In this document: piece by piece, positions 10,059 through 20,238 of the stretch
Numbering within the stretch: the stretch's first letter is position 1
Layout of the letters: each line of letters begins with the position of its first letter
Origin: an uncultured Pseudomonadota bacterium
GTDB lineage: Bacteria > Pseudomonadota > Gammaproteobacteria > Coxiellales > Coxiellaceae
NCBI GenBank assembly: GCA_963818985.1
Contig: CAWFUJ010000008.1
Location: 82,375-146,374, forward strand
Length of the DNA stretch: 64,000 bases
Reading direction: 5' to 3'
Notes under the pieces: generated by a model
What the model was told of the DNA's origin: nothing
Databases searched by the model: none
The model's input: the letters and a program-made list of their open reading frames with translations, nothing else
Position numbers and translations under genes: made by a program

Positions 10059-10641
10059 CTTTTTTATGGGCAATGTATTGATATAAAGCCTGAGAGAGTA
10101 CTACCGATAAAGCATTTTGAAAAATCATCACCATAAAAATTAATAGTCCGGTGAGGATGAATCCTAGTAATATCCATATTCTTTCACGCGTGCTGTAGGC
10201 GATGATGAGAGGTATAAATGCTATGACGCGCATTGTAATCATTATCCAAAAAAAACTAAAATTAATTTTAGGTAGAGATCCAAACTGAGTATGCATTAAT
10301 TGACTAGAACGTTTTAAAATTTTTAAAATCCCACCATTTTCATTAATCATCATTGGAAATAATAAATAGGTGGCAAATGACCAATGCAATCCGGATAATA
10401 ATCGATTTTTTTTAAATTTTTGAGGAAAAAATTTGGCGGCCATACCAAATGTAAAATGCGTGCTGAGCCATAATACGATAGCTTTTAAACGTTGTGCAGC
10501 TGCTGCGAACTTAAATTGAGGTTTTTCGTCCCGATCGTACTGGTTTAAACTAAAGACTAATACGGTATTAAAATATGACGAAAGTATATTAGCAAAAAAA
10601 AAAGCTACCAACAGAATGGCATAGCCGAGCAAAATTTCCAT
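10003..10641 (-). CDS. Multi-pass membrane protein of unknown function (true start uncertain)
   Basis: 212-aa ORF with several hydrophobic helices. The frame stays open upstream to 10830 and encodes another TM-like segment (FFFLVLCGTSFLAWSI) without any ATG/GTG/TTG. The 3' end overlaps the paralog C 3' end by 56 nt (convergent). Confidence 0.6.
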   Translation of the reverse strand: MEILLGYAILLVAFFFANILSSYFNTVLVFSLNQYDRDEKPQFKFAAAAQRLKAIVLWLSTHFTFGMAAKFFPQKFKKNRLLSGLHWSFATYLLFPMMINENGGILKILKRSSQLMHTQFGSLPKINFSFFWIMITMRVIAFIPLIIAYSTRERIWILLGFILTGLLIFMVMIFQNALSVVLSQALYQYIAHKKVIRNFETQDLASAVSHHQ

Positions 10642-10916
10642 TGTCGATAATTGTTGGTAATCAATTTTACCGATGCGAATTGACCAAGCTAAAAATGAAG
10701 TCCCACATAATACTAGAAAAAAAAACTGCGACCGATTAAAGGCAAGATAAGCAATTTTTTTTGCTCTTGGAAAACTTTCAGACTTTGTCGCATCAATCGC
10801 AACCCGAGTTGGCTTTTTTTGAACAGCATGTTAAAATAACCCCACGGCATTTCGTTATGAATAAATTGATAATACCGAGTATATTAGCATTTAAACTTAC
10901 ATTCCGCAGGCTTAAT

Positions 10917-11978
10917 TTGAAACTTGATGATTTTGATTTTCATTTACCACCTCACTTAATCGCTCAGTACCCGCTAGCTGAACGCCGTGCCAGCCGCTTA
11001 TTACATGTTAATATACCTCAACAACTGATTAGTCATCATGACTTTGCCGATTTTTTATCATGGTTTAACTCTGGTGATGTATTGGTTTTTAATGATACTA
11101 AGGTGATACCAGCTCGTTTATTTGGTCATAAAGCCAGTGGTGGTAAAATTGAATGTTTGGTTGAGCGAATTTTAGCTGAAAAAGAGGCGATCGTGCATAT
11201 CCGGGCCAGTAAATCGCCTGCGGATGGGAGTCAAATTTTTTTAGCCAATGCTTTTTCAGCATGGATTATTAAAAAGGATAAAGATCTATATCATATTCGG
11301 ATTGAGTCGGAACATCCTCTGCTATCTCTTTTGGAAAAATATGGCGTTTTACCTTTGCCACATTATATAGATCGTCTTCCGGAGCATATCGATAGGGATC
11401 GTTATCAGACAATTTATGCTCGTGAGCTCGGGGCAGTTGCCGCACCGACAGCAGGTTTACATTTTGATGCAGCCATGCTCAATGCGCTACAACAAAAAGG
11501 AGTGAAGCTTGCCTATATTACTTTGCATATCGGCGCTGGAACTTTTCAACCTGTTCGAGAAAATAATTTAGATCTTCATCAAATGCATAGTGAATTTATC
11601 AGCATTAATGAAGACGCATGCGCTACGATGAGTGATTGTCGATCTCATGGTGGACGGGTGATCGCGGTGGGAACGACCGTGGCGCGCTGTTTAGAAACCG
11701 CTGCAGGGCAGGGTGTTGATGAAGCTCAGCCTTACAGAGGTGAAACTTGTCTTTTTATCCGACCTGGATATAGATTTAAAATCATAGATGGGCTACTGAC
11801 GAATTTTCATTTGCCTAAAACCACTTTATTAATGTTAGTCAGTGCTTTTGGCGGCTACGATTTGGTGATGAAAGCTTATAAAACCGCAGTGGAACAAAAT
11901 TATAGATTTTTTAGCTATGGGGATGCTATGTTGCTGCTAAAAGATAGGCGTGATAGACTTTTTTCGGAAAATAATTAG
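10917..11978 (+). CDS. queA: S-adenosylmethionine:tRNA ribosyltransferase-isomerase
   Basis: Full-length similarity to QueA. With the in-frame TTG at 10917 the N-terminus reads [29 protein letters not shown], like E. coli MRVTDFSFELPESLIAHYP. The ORF-track start at 10761 is a spurious extension. Confidence 0.9.
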   Translation: MKLDDFDFHLPPHLIAQYPLAERRASRLLHVNIPQQLISHHDFADFLSWFNSGDVLVFNDTKVIPARLFGHKASGGKIECLVERILAEKEAIVHIRASKSPADGSQIFLANAFSAWIIKKDKDLYHIRIESEHPLLSLLEKYGVLPLPHYIDRLPEHIDRDRYQTIYARELGAVAAPTAGLHFDAAMLNALQQKGVKLAYITLHIGAGTFQPVRENNLDLHQMHSEFISINEDACATMSDCRSHGGRVIAVGTTVARCLETAAGQGVDEAQPYRGETCLFIRPGYRFKIIDGLLTNFHLPKTTLLMLVSAFGGYDLVMKAYKTAVEQNYRFFSYGDAMLLLKDRRDRLFSENN

Positions 11979-11989
11979 GAGCGCATGCT

Positions 11990-13246
11990 ATGACTTATCA
12001 AAATATTCTGGTTCCAAAACCCGGCGAAAAAATTTCCTTTAATAAAGATTTGTTACTGAATGTTCCTGATCAACCTATCATTCCCTTTATCGAAGGCGAC
12101 GGTATCGGTGTTGATATCACTCCAGTCATGCGTAAGGTTGTGGACGCTGCGGTTAACAAAGCTTATGGTGGAGGCCGTAAAATTTCATGGATGGAAGTTT
12201 ACGCGGGTGAAAAAGCCACAAAAGTGTATGGTCATGATCAATGGCTGCCTGAAGAAACCTTAGCTGCCCTCCGTGAATACAAAGTGGGTATCAAGGGACC
12301 TTTGACAACTCCAGTAGGAGGTGGAATACGTTCTTTAAATGTTGCATTACGTCAAGAATTGGATTTGTACGTTTGTTTGCGGCCTGTTCGTTATTTTAAC
12401 GGCACTCCAAGTCCAGTGAAAGAACCTTGGCAAGTCAACATGGTTATTTTTCGAGAAAATTCCGAAGATATTTACGCGGGCATTGAATGGCCTGCGCGGA
12501 GCAAGGAAGCTAAAAAACTGATAGATTTCTTACAAAATGAAATGGGTGTCAAAAAAATTCGCTTCCCTGAGAGCAGTGCAATTGGTATCAAGCCGGTTTC
12601 TGAACAAGGTTCTTCTCGATTGATTCGAAGAGCTATTCAATACGCCATAGAAAACCAGCGCGAATCGGTGACGATTGTCCATAAAGGCAATATTATGAAA
12701 TATACGGAAGGTGCTTTTAAGGAGTGGGGCTATGAATTAGCGGGTAAAGAATTTGGTGCAGTTCCTTTGGATGGGGGACCTTGGCAGGTAATTGTTAATC
12801 CAAAAACCAAGAAAAAAATCATTATTAAAGATGTTATCGCTGATGCTTTTTTGCAGCAAATTTTGTTGCGTCCTGCGGAATATAGCGTGATAGCCACTTT
12901 AAATTTAAATGGTGACTATATTTCTGACGCCCTTGCGGCACAAGTGGGGGGCATAGGTATCGCCCCCGGCGCAAATTTAAGTGATCAGATTGGCTTATTT
13001 GAAGCCACTCATGGCACTGCTCCAAAGTACGCTGGCCAAGATAAAGTGAATCCAGGTTCATTAATACTCTCGGCAGAAATGATGTTGCGTCATCTAGGAT
13101 GGCGTGAAGCAGCGGATTTAGTACTTCGGGGAGTTGAAGGTGCAATCCAATCGCGGGTAGTCACCTATGATTTTGCCCGTTTAATGGATAATGCTAAAGA
13201 AGTGAGCTGTTCTGCTTTCGGTAACGCGATTATTGAAAATTTGTAG
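11990..13246 (+). CDS. icd: NADP-dependent isocitrate dehydrogenase
   Basis: 418 aa, collinear with E. coli Icd (416 aa). Motifs [22 protein letters not shown] and [14 protein letters not shown]. Confidence 0.95.
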   Translation: MTYQNILVPKPGEKISFNKDLLLNVPDQPIIPFIEGDGIGVDITPVMRKVVDAAVNKAYGGGRKISWMEVYAGEKATKVYGHDQWLPEETLAALREYKVGIKGPLTTPVGGGIRSLNVALRQELDLYVCLRPVRYFNGTPSPVKEPWQVNMVIFRENSEDIYAGIEWPARSKEAKKLIDFLQNEMGVKKIRFPESSAIGIKPVSEQGSSRLIRRAIQYAIENQRESVTIVHKGNIMKYTEGAFKEWGYELAGKEFGAVPLDGGPWQVIVNPKTKKKIIIKDVIADAFLQQILLRPAEYSVIATLNLNGDYISDALAAQVGGIGIAPGANLSDQIGLFEATHGTAPKYAGQDKVNPGSLILSAEMMLRHLGWREAADLVLRGVEGAIQSRVVTYDFARLMDNAKEVSCSAFGNAIIENL

Positions 13247-13251
13247 TAGAT

Positions 13252-13275
13252 CCCCTCTCCCTGGCGGGAGAGGGA
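13252..13275. repeat. REP-1 hairpin (CCCTCTCCC-N4-GGGAGAGGG family)
   Basis: CCCTCTCCC tggc GGGAGAGGG, immediately after the icd stop codon. Confidence 0.8.
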
Positions 13276-13346
13276 AATAGCTGCTCATTTGCGTGAACAA
13301 TTCTCAGAATAGACTATAATAAAATTATCATCAAATGGAGGATATT

Positions 13347-13742
13347 ATGGAAGTATCTATATTTTTAGGCCGCGCATTGGGTATATACTTACTCATTATC
13401 GGGCTTAGCATGTTATTTAACCACAAAGTATTTTTTCGAACTTTTCAACAATGGGCTGAACAACCAGGAAGTATTACTTTAACCGCATTTATTTCCATAA
13501 TATTAGGTATATTAATGATTTTAGTGCATAATGTTTGGGTAGCAGATTGGCGTATTGTCATCACTTTATTAGCATGGCTCACTTTAATTAAAGGCATCGT
13601 TCGTTTAAACTTTCCTCATGCAGTGCCTCGAACCATGATGTATTTTGAACAAAATCGCGTCGCTTACTTCAGCTTAGGTGTATTTTGCCTGCTATTAGCG
13701 ATATTTTTATTGATTTTCAGCTTTATAAGTTTTAGCTCATGA
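13347..13742 (+). CDS. Small integral membrane protein, unknown function
   Basis: Four hydrophobic helices. GGAGGA at 13337-13342 favours the ATG at 13347 over 13335. The stop overlaps the next ORF's start (ATGA). Confidence 0.7.
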   Translation: MEVSIFLGRALGIYLLIIGLSMLFNHKVFFRTFQQWAEQPGSITLTAFISIILGILMILVHNVWVADWRIVITLLAWLTLIKGIVRLNFPHAVPRTMMYFEQNRVAYFSLGVFCLLLAIFLLIFSFISFSS

Positions 13743-13990
13743 CCAACGTTGATAAAGCACTTCTTGATCCCACTAGCGTCTATCGGAAGCCGATGGATGT
13801 GGTAAAGGATGATACTTTAACTCGCGAAGAAAAAATTAAAGTCTTACATCGTTGGGAATATGACGCCCGAGAATTGCAAGTCGCTGAGGAAGAAAACATG
13901 CCCGAACTAACCAAAAAAAAACATGGCGATCACCTCACTCAAGTTTTAGAGGCTTTGCATATCCTGGGGAGCCAATCGCAGAATGTCTAA
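13739..13990 (+). CDS. Small acidic hypothetical protein
   Basis: 83-aa ORF, translationally coupled on both sides: a 4-nt overlap upstream and an 8-nt overlap with the glycosyltransferase gene. Confidence 0.55.
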   Translation: MTNVDKALLDPTSVYRKPMDVVKDDTLTREEKIKVLHRWEYDARELQVAEEENMPELTKKKHGDHLTQVLEALHILGSQSQNV

Positions 13991-15083
13991 AAAAATGATT
14001 GGCTTGGTGATCAAAAGCCTTTTTGGAGGCGGCGCGGAAAAAGTATTTTTAACTCTAGCCCAACATATGGCTGAGCAAGGTCACCAAGTTCACCTTTTTT
14101 TATTAAAAAATATCATTGATTATCCACTTAAGGATATTTATCAGATTCATATCCTCAGCGAAACGGGTAGGGAAACACGCCTACGGTTTTTAAATAATTA
14201 TCTGTTAGCTAAAAGGCTACGTAAAAAAATTCTAGCTTTAGAAATAAATTCCGGTCATCCATTTGATTTAATTATATCAACTTTAACTGATACCGATCGA
14301 ATAGTTTATCAAGCGCAATTAAATCGACATGTTTACTATCGTATTTGTAATACTTTGTCTGAGGAAATCAATGCTTATCGGCAATCACACGGTGGGAGTA
14401 AAGCGCGGCATCGGCAGGGGAGATATACACGTATTTATAGCCAAAAACCTTTGATCGCTGTTTCGCAAGGGGTGGCTGACGATATTATTAATAATTTTGG
14501 CGCTAAACCCGAGCATGTTCGTGTTATTTATAACCCTATCGATCATTTGCACATTCAAGAATTAGCTCAACAAACTGTGCCAAATTTGCCACAAGAACCT
14601 TATATTATCCATGTTGGACGTTTTGTTGGCCAAAAACGCCATGATTTATTATTAGCGGCATTTAAAAATCTAAAAAGCCAGTGCAAGTTAGTGTTACTAA
14701 CCCGGGTTAATGCCGAATTAAAAGCTTTAATTTCCAGTTATGATTTAGAGGATCGAGTGATTTGTCCAGGTTTTCAACCTAATCCTTATCCGTGGATAAA
14801 GAACGCGCGGCTGATGGTTTTATGTTCGGATCGGGAGGGATTTGGTTTAGTGATTGCTGAAGCACTCGTTTGCAAAACGCCGGTCATTAGCACCCATTGC
14901 CCATCTGGACCTGGAGAAATTTTAGCGGGTGAACTCAATCATTGGTTGGTGCCAATGGATAACGTCCAAGCATTAACGTTGAAAATTGAAGAAGCCTTAA
15001 ACACTGAAATTAAAATTCCAGAAACAGCACTTAATAGATTTATTCCAGCGCAAATCGTTAATCAATACTTATCTTTAATTTAG
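13983..15083 (+). CDS. Glycosyltransferase, GT4 (GT-B fold) family
   Basis: C-terminal EGFGLVIAEALVCKTPVISTHCPSGPGEIL, an E-x7-E type motif typical of GT4 enzymes. 366 aa. Confidence 0.8.
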   Translation: MSKKMIGLVIKSLFGGGAEKVFLTLAQHMAEQGHQVHLFLLKNIIDYPLKDIYQIHILSETGRETRLRFLNNYLLAKRLRKKILALEINSGHPFDLIISTLTDTDRIVYQAQLNRHVYYRICNTLSEEINAYRQSHGGSKARHRQGRYTRIYSQKPLIAVSQGVADDIINNFGAKPEHVRVIYNPIDHLHIQELAQQTVPNLPQEPYIIHVGRFVGQKRHDLLLAAFKNLKSQCKLVLLTRVNAELKALISSYDLEDRVICPGFQPNPYPWIKNARLMVLCSDREGFGLVIAEALVCKTPVISTHCPSGPGEILAGELNHWLVPMDNVQALTLKIEEALNTEIKIPETALNRFIPAQIVNQYLSLI

Positions 15084-15101
15084 CAGCTGACAATTATTTA
15101 T

Positions 15102-15131
15102 CCTGGATACCGGCGAAGGCCGGTATCCAGA
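15102..15131. repeat. REP-2 hairpin (CTGGATACCGGC-GAAR-GCCGGTATCCAG family)
   Basis: 12-bp perfect stem with a GAAG loop, in the convergent intergenic space. A second copy lies at 39473..39502. Confidence 0.8.
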
Positions 15132-15223
15132 GAACCGCACGAAATTCCTGCCTCCTATTCGAGCTGACGTACTGCGGACAGTCACTTGAGATAGTACCTC
15201 TTTAGGAGAGGGGATTTATTAGA

Positions 15224-15694
15224 TTAATAAATATCTTTTAGATTAATTTTCTTAATTTTACCTTGGCAGTAATCACGATTAGGATCGATAATTGCTAAGT
15301 TTTTTAAAGCTTCTCTACCTAATAGCATACGGAATTTTAACGGATCCCGGTTTGATAAACTAAGCTCAATCGACCACAATTGTTGAGCAATTTTAATTTC
15401 AGTGGTAATGATATAACGATGTTCTCGATGACCATTCGAACTCATAATACTCCGCTCATCGACCACGGGTGCTTCACAATGAATTATTGTTTTATTATTA
15501 CCTTGAAGGGGAAAAACTGAAAAATTCACATATTTTTTACCTTTTCTCTGTGTAGCATGGATATTAAAAGCATGTAATGCCGAAGTCCTGGCTCCTGTGT
15601 CAATTTTAACTTTTATAGCGGGTATATTTAAGTTTGGTAAAGCACACCATTCGCGCCAGCCAATAAGCAGCATATTTTGCAGCTTTTTTATCAT
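15224..15694 (-). CDS. Retropepsin-like aspartic endopeptidase (DUF785 / RimB-like, often annotated ATP-dependent zinc protease)
   Basis: KIDTGARTSALHA carries a D-T-G aspartic-protease motif. 156 aa. Last gene of the rimK cluster. Confidence 0.75.
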   Translation of the reverse strand: MIKKLQNMLLIGWREWCALPNLNIPAIKVKIDTGARTSALHAFNIHATQRKGKKYVNFSVFPLQGNNKTIIHCEAPVVDERSIMSSNGHREHRYIITTEIKIAQQLWSIELSLSNRDPLKFRMLLGREALKNLAIIDPNRDYCQGKIKKINLKDIY

Positions 15695-15706
15695 AAATCC
15701 TCTAAA

Positions 15707-15740
15707 TTTTTTCCCCTCTTCCGGCTGGAGAGGGGAAAAA
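15707..15740. repeat. REP-1 family hairpin
   Basis: TTTTTTCCCCTCTtccggctggAGAGGGGAAAAA, between two genes of the rimK cluster. Confidence 0.7.
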
Positions 15741-15761
15741 TATGTATTTAACCTTTACCTA

Positions 15762-16835
15762 TTATAAAACCTCTATCCAGGGAGGCAAATCTTCTTCAGT
15801 TTGGTCAATGACATCTATTTCCACCTGCTCAATTTCTTTAAAAGAAGCAATATTGAAGAGAGCTGCCCCTTCATGCACTAAAGGTAAATTAATTTGCCCA
15901 ATAACCATACCAGAGATACGCGCTTCGACTTTGTACTCTTCTTCGCCTATTGGATTAACAATAACTCCCAATACTTCGCCTTTTTTAACTTTTTTTCCTA
16001 ACGATGTATAAAAGCGCAAAATTCCGCTATGCGGCGCTCTCATCCACAAACTGGATCGAGCAATCGATGAATGATGATGATTGATTGCTGAACGGTTGTG
16101 ATTTTTGGCAGGTAACATATGCAAAGAATGCATCACTTGTAAAATACCATTTAATCCAATGCGGATGGCCTTTTCATCAAAGCGTAATGCTTCTCCAGCT
16201 TCATATAATAATAAAGGAATTCCTCGATCATTCGCTGCCTGGCGCAGCGATCCATCTCTCTCTTTGGAATGCAATATTACCGGGGCATTAAACGCTTTAG
16301 CCAATTTTTCAGTTTGGGATGAATCCAAATTAGTGCGAATCTGTGGAAGGTTGGTGCGCTGCAGTGAGCCCGTGTGTAGATCTATAAAATGGGTTGCATT
16401 CGCAACCAGTTCATTCATCACTAAATAGGCTAATCGCGAAGCCAATGAGCCTTTAATAGAACCGGGGAATGATCGATTTAAATCTCGGCGATCCATTAAA
16501 TAACGATCTTGATAAAGAAATCCATAAATATTGACAATGGGTACGGCAATAACAGTTCCGCGCAAATCTTTTTGAAATGATTTTTTCAAAAAGCGGCGGA
16601 TAATTTCTACTCCATTGATTTCATCACCATGAATCGCGCCGGTTACGCATAATACGGGTCCTGGTTTATTTCCACGGATCACATGTACTGGCATATTCAT
16701 CGGTGTCCAGTCGTATAATTTTGGCATAGGCAGCATAATGGTGGTGCGTTTGCCCAATGGAATAATAATTCCATTAATGATCAGTTCATCCCTCATAATG
16801 ATCTTTGGGGCCGATAGGTTTGGCATGACGCTCAA
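15762..16835 (-). CDS. Succinylglutamate desuccinylase/aspartoacylase (AstE/AspA, M14-like zinc deacylase) family protein
   Basis: [13 protein letters not shown] has an H-x-x-E zinc-ligand motif, with family-typical length and layout. Overlaps the rimK 3' end; later in-frame ATGs at 16826 and 16796 are possible starts. Confidence 0.8.
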   Translation of the reverse strand: MSVMPNLSAPKIIMRDELIINGIIIPLGKRTTIMLPMPKLYDWTPMNMPVHVIRGNKPGPVLCVTGAIHGDEINGVEIIRRFLKKSFQKDLRGTVIAVPIVNIYGFLYQDRYLMDRRDLNRSFPGSIKGSLASRLAYLVMNELVANATHFIDLHTGSLQRTNLPQIRTNLDSSQTEKLAKAFNAPVILHSKERDGSLRQAANDRGIPLLLYEAGEALRFDEKAIRIGLNGILQVMHSLHMLPAKNHNRSAINHHHSSIARSSLWMRAPHSGILRFYTSLGKKVKKGEVLGVIVNPIGEEEYKVEARISGMVIGQINLPLVHEGAALFNIASFKEIEQVEIDVIDQTEEDLPPWIEVL

Positions 16836-17691
16836 TATAACGAATAATCATATCGGCGATATCTTTGTTAGTTGCTCCTTCAATGCCTTCTAAGCCGGGA
16901 GAAGAGTTGACCTCCATTAATAAAGGGCCGCGATTTGATCTTAATAAATCCACCCCAGCCATTTTTAAACCCATAATTTTCGCTGCTTTAATGGCCATTT
17001 CACGTTCAGCACGGGTAATTTTAGTCGGTTGGGCGACTCCGCCTTGATGAATATTAGAACGAAATTCTCCCGGCTCCGCTTGACGTTTCATAGCGGCTAC
17101 CACTTTATCGCCAATAACAAAACAACGTATGTCTGAGCCTTTTGCTTCACTAATAAATTCTTGAATAATAATATTGGCGTTCAAACCCATAAATGCTTGA
17201 ATAATACTGTAGGCAGCTTCTCTGGTTTCCACCAAAACAACTCCAACTCCTTGAGTTCCTTCGATTAATTTCACTACCAACGGGGGGCCACCGACCATTT
17301 TAATCAGTCTACTCACATCCTTTAGAGAATGTGCAAACCCAGTTACCGGCAAGCCAATACCTTTTCGAGAGAGCAATTGCAGGGAGCGCAACTTATCTCG
17401 CGAACGATTAATACTAAGCGAAGAATTAATACTAAAAGTCCCAATACTTTCAAATTGACGCACCACAGCGGTGCCATAAAAAGTTCGAGTGGTGCCAATG
17501 CGAGGAATAATGGCATCAAATAAGGGAAGTTTACGTCCTTTATAGTGAATTGAGGGTTCTTCGGCAGTGATATTCATATGGCAACGAAGATAATCAACGA
17601 TAGCCGCTTCATGGCCTCTGGCTTGAGCTGCTTCTACGAGCCGACGTGTAGAATAAATGTCTTTTCTTCGAGACAGAATGGCCACTTTCAT
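16786..17691 (-). CDS. rimK: ATP-grasp alpha-L-glutamate ligase RimK
   Basis: 301 aa, collinear with RimK. MKVAILSR... N-terminus and ATP-grasp core ([27 protein letters not shown]). Confidence 0.9.
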   Translation of the reverse strand: MKVAILSRRKDIYSTRRLVEAAQARGHEAAIVDYLRCHMNITAEEPSIHYKGRKLPLFDAIIPRIGTTRTFYGTAVVRQFESIGTFSINSSLSINRSRDKLRSLQLLSRKGIGLPVTGFAHSLKDVSRLIKMVGGPPLVVKLIEGTQGVGVVLVETREAAYSIIQAFMGLNANIIIQEFISEAKGSDIRCFVIGDKVVAAMKRQAEPGEFRSNIHQGGVAQPTKITRAEREMAIKAAKIMGLKMAGVDLLRSNRGPLLMEVNSSPGLEGIEGATNKDIADMIIRYIERHAKPIGPKDHYEG

Positions 17692-17781
17692 TGATTTACC
17701 TCATCGGGACGCACTAATAAAGAGTAGCACATTATATAAAAAAATTAGGTCAAAGATACTACTTAGACAAAATATACTTTT

Positions 17782-17818
17782 TCCCTTCTCCCTTGGGAGA
17801 GGGTTATGGAGAGGGGAA
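17782..17818. repeat. REP-1 family (imperfect, tandem half-sites)
   Basis: CCCTTCTCCCttgGGAGAGGGttatGGAGAGGGGAA, between the ggt stop and the rimK start. Confidence 0.65.
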
Positions 17819-17827
17819 GCAGAGTAA

Positions 17828-19534
17828 CTAATAACCTAGTGTAATACTGCTATTACCATAGCGATTATCGGTTGCTCCATAAATAATACTAGTTTCCGGA
17901 TCTTTTTGAATTATCAATTCTTGCCCCCAATGGCTGGTGTTAAACAGTGAGCCTTGCTTAAATTGATAGCCAAAAGTTTTTAATTTCTGAAGCGTGTCTG
18001 CTGATAAAGTATAGGGTTCTAAATAAATTAAATCTGGAAACCATTGAAAATGATAGCGTGGTTCATTGATCGCAGCGTTTATATCCATACCATAATCAAA
18101 TACATTTTCGATAGACTCCACAATGGTAGTAATAATAGTTGGACCACCGGCAGCACCCAGCGCCATATAAAATTGATGGTTTTTAAAAACCATAGTAGGA
18201 CTCATAGAGGAGAGTGGGCGCTTCCTCGGTGCAATTAAATTAGCCTGGCCTTGTTTTAAGCCAAACATATTTTTTCCCCCAGCTAGAATGGCAAAATCAT
18301 CGATATCGTTATTTAAAAAAAATCCGGTATCACCTGCGATTAAGCCACTGCCAAAAAAAGCATTGATAGTATAAGTAACCGCGACGACATTGCCCCATTG
18401 ATCGGCAACGTTATAATGAGTGGTGTGTGCACCTTCAGAATTAAAATCTTTTTCCAATGCATTCGAATCGCCGGCGCGATCTGGTAGGATCTTTTTAGCT
18501 ATTTGTTGAGAGTATTCAGCAGACAGTAAGCGGTTAACTGGATTGGTAATAAAATCTGGATCGCCCAATAATTGATTGCGATCAGCAAAAGCATAACGCA
18601 TCGCTTCAACATTATAGTGGACGCTTGCAGCAGAATGAAAACCCCATTGACCCAATGGAAAATGATTTAAGATGCTAAGGATCTCACACACTGTGACGCC
18701 AGAACTAGGGGGAGGGGCGGTCACTATTTTATAGTTGCGATAATAACAAGTTAAGGGCTCGCGTTCTTTTACTTGATATTCAGCAAAATCGCTTTCGGTT
18801 AAGATCCCATGATGAGCACGACTGGCGTCGACAATTTTTGTAGCAATATTTCCCCGATAAAAAGCTGCACTTCCTCCCTGACTTATCTCCCTTAAGGTTT
18901 TTGCTAACTGTGGTTGAACTAAACGATCGCCACTTTCAAAAGGACGATTATTTTTTAAAAAAATTCCTGCCACATTTCCTTGTTTTTTAAAATCATTGGT
19001 TTTTGTATTTAAGATTCTTAAATCATTGTCGTTAAGGATAAAGCCTTTTTCCGCTAAACGAATGGCTGGCGCCATGACCTTACTTAAGGGCTGAGTGCCA
19101 TATTTTTTAAGAGCGGTATTTAACCCCATCACTGTTCCGGGTACAGCCACCGATAAATAACTTTTTTGGGATAATTGTGGATCCAATTGACCCTTCGCAT
19201 TTAAAAATAACTTGCTGTTTATTGCTGCAGGCGCCGTCCCGCGGAAATCAATCACTAAATTTTTGCCATCTTTTAAGTGAATCAACATGAAGCCCCCGCC
19301 ACCAATATTTCCACAACAGGGATGGACAACCGCTAATGCATAGCCGACCGCCACAGCAGCATCAACGGCATTTCCGCCGGATTTCAATATCTCTACTCCC
19401 GCTTGAGTAGCTAAAATCTGCGCCGAAACTACGCCTGCTTGACCAACGGGTGTGGGCGGCAGGAATCCACCCCACGCATGGTTAAATACCAACGATGTTG
19501 CCATCATGGTAAGAATTTTCAAAGTTCTAATCAT
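17828..19534 (-). CDS. ggt: Gamma-glutamyltranspeptidase
   Basis: 568 aa with a signal peptide. The autoprocessing/nucleophile Thr sits in the context GAHTTHYNVADQWGN. Confidence 0.92.
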   Translation of the reverse strand: MIRTLKILTMMATSLVFNHAWGGFLPPTPVGQAGVVSAQILATQAGVEILKSGGNAVDAAVAVGYALAVVHPCCGNIGGGGFMLIHLKDGKNLVIDFRGTAPAAINSKLFLNAKGQLDPQLSQKSYLSVAVPGTVMGLNTALKKYGTQPLSKVMAPAIRLAEKGFILNDNDLRILNTKTNDFKKQGNVAGIFLKNNRPFESGDRLVQPQLAKTLREISQGGSAAFYRGNIATKIVDASRAHHGILTESDFAEYQVKEREPLTCYYRNYKIVTAPPPSSGVTVCEILSILNHFPLGQWGFHSAASVHYNVEAMRYAFADRNQLLGDPDFITNPVNRLLSAEYSQQIAKKILPDRAGDSNALEKDFNSEGAHTTHYNVADQWGNVVAVTYTINAFFGSGLIAGDTGFFLNNDIDDFAILAGGKNMFGLKQGQANLIAPRKRPLSSMSPTMVFKNHQFYMALGAAGGPTIITTIVESIENVFDYGMDINAAINEPRYHFQWFPDLIYLEPYTLSADTLQKLKTFGYQFKQGSLFNTSHWGQELIIQKDPETSIIYGATDNRYGNSSITLGY

Positions 19535-19617
19535 CTGCTAATTATAGCACCTAACGTTATTGCTGATCATCCCGGTAAAGTAGTAACATCTTGATTTAGA
19601 CAAAAAGGAGGCTTGCT

Positions 19618-20220
19618 ATGAAAATAATTGTCGTGGGGGGAACTGGAACTATTGGCCGTGCTGTGGTGAAGGAGTTAGGGGTTCGGCATCAAGTCATAGC
19701 CGCTGGAGATAAAAGCGGTGATATCCGTGTCGATATCACCGATCCTGCTTCCATAGAAAAAATGTATCTTGAAGTTGGAAGTTTTGATGCATTAGTTGCA
19801 ACTGCCGGTAAAGTATTATTTAAAGAATTGACATCATTTAATACTCAGGATATGCAAGTGGGTCTTAATGACAAATTGATGGGCCAGGTAAATTTGGTAC
19901 TCATCGGTTGCCGTTACATTAATGAGCGTGGTTCTTTTACTTTAACTAGCGGAATATTGAATGTTGAGCCTATCCGTTTTGGTGCTTCAGCATCGATGGT
20001 TAATGCAGCCATAGAGGGTTTTGTTCGTGGAGCTGCCATTGAAATGCCTAAATGCATTCGTATTAATGCGGTGAGTCCCACTATTGTCAGTGAATCACTG
20101 GGTCAATATGGTGAATATTTTCATGGTTTTGAACCGGTTTCCGTAGGCCGAGTCGCCTTGGCTTTTAGCAAAAGTGTCGAGGGATTACAAACCGGACGAA
20201 TATATAAAGTAGGGCATTGA
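19618..20220 (+). CDS. Short-chain dehydrogenase/reductase (short ~200-aa SDR)
   Basis: N-terminal Rossmann motif MKIIVVGGTGTIGRAV. GGAGG upstream of the ATG. Confidence 0.8.
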   Translation: MKIIVVGGTGTIGRAVVKELGVRHQVIAAGDKSGDIRVDITDPASIEKMYLEVGSFDALVATAGKVLFKELTSFNTQDMQVGLNDKLMGQVNLVLIGCRYINERGSFTLTSGILNVEPIRFGASASMVNAAIEGFVRGAAIEMPKCIRINAVSPTIVSESLGQYGEYFHGFEPVSVGRVALAFSKSVEGLQTGRIYKVGH

Positions 20221-20238
20221 ACTGGTCTGAATTCAACA

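Noticed and set aside
10761-10916. Long N-terminal extensions in the ORF track for queA. The same applies to lolA (28626..28724), trxB (31116..31193), liuB (42606..42671), ETF-QO (59744..59842), infA (35607..35624), the SBP (24287..24355) and the cupin gene (24858..24923).
   Set aside because: Homolog N-termini, signal peptides and Shine-Dalgarno sequences all point to internal starts. The extensions overlap neighbouring genes or repeats.
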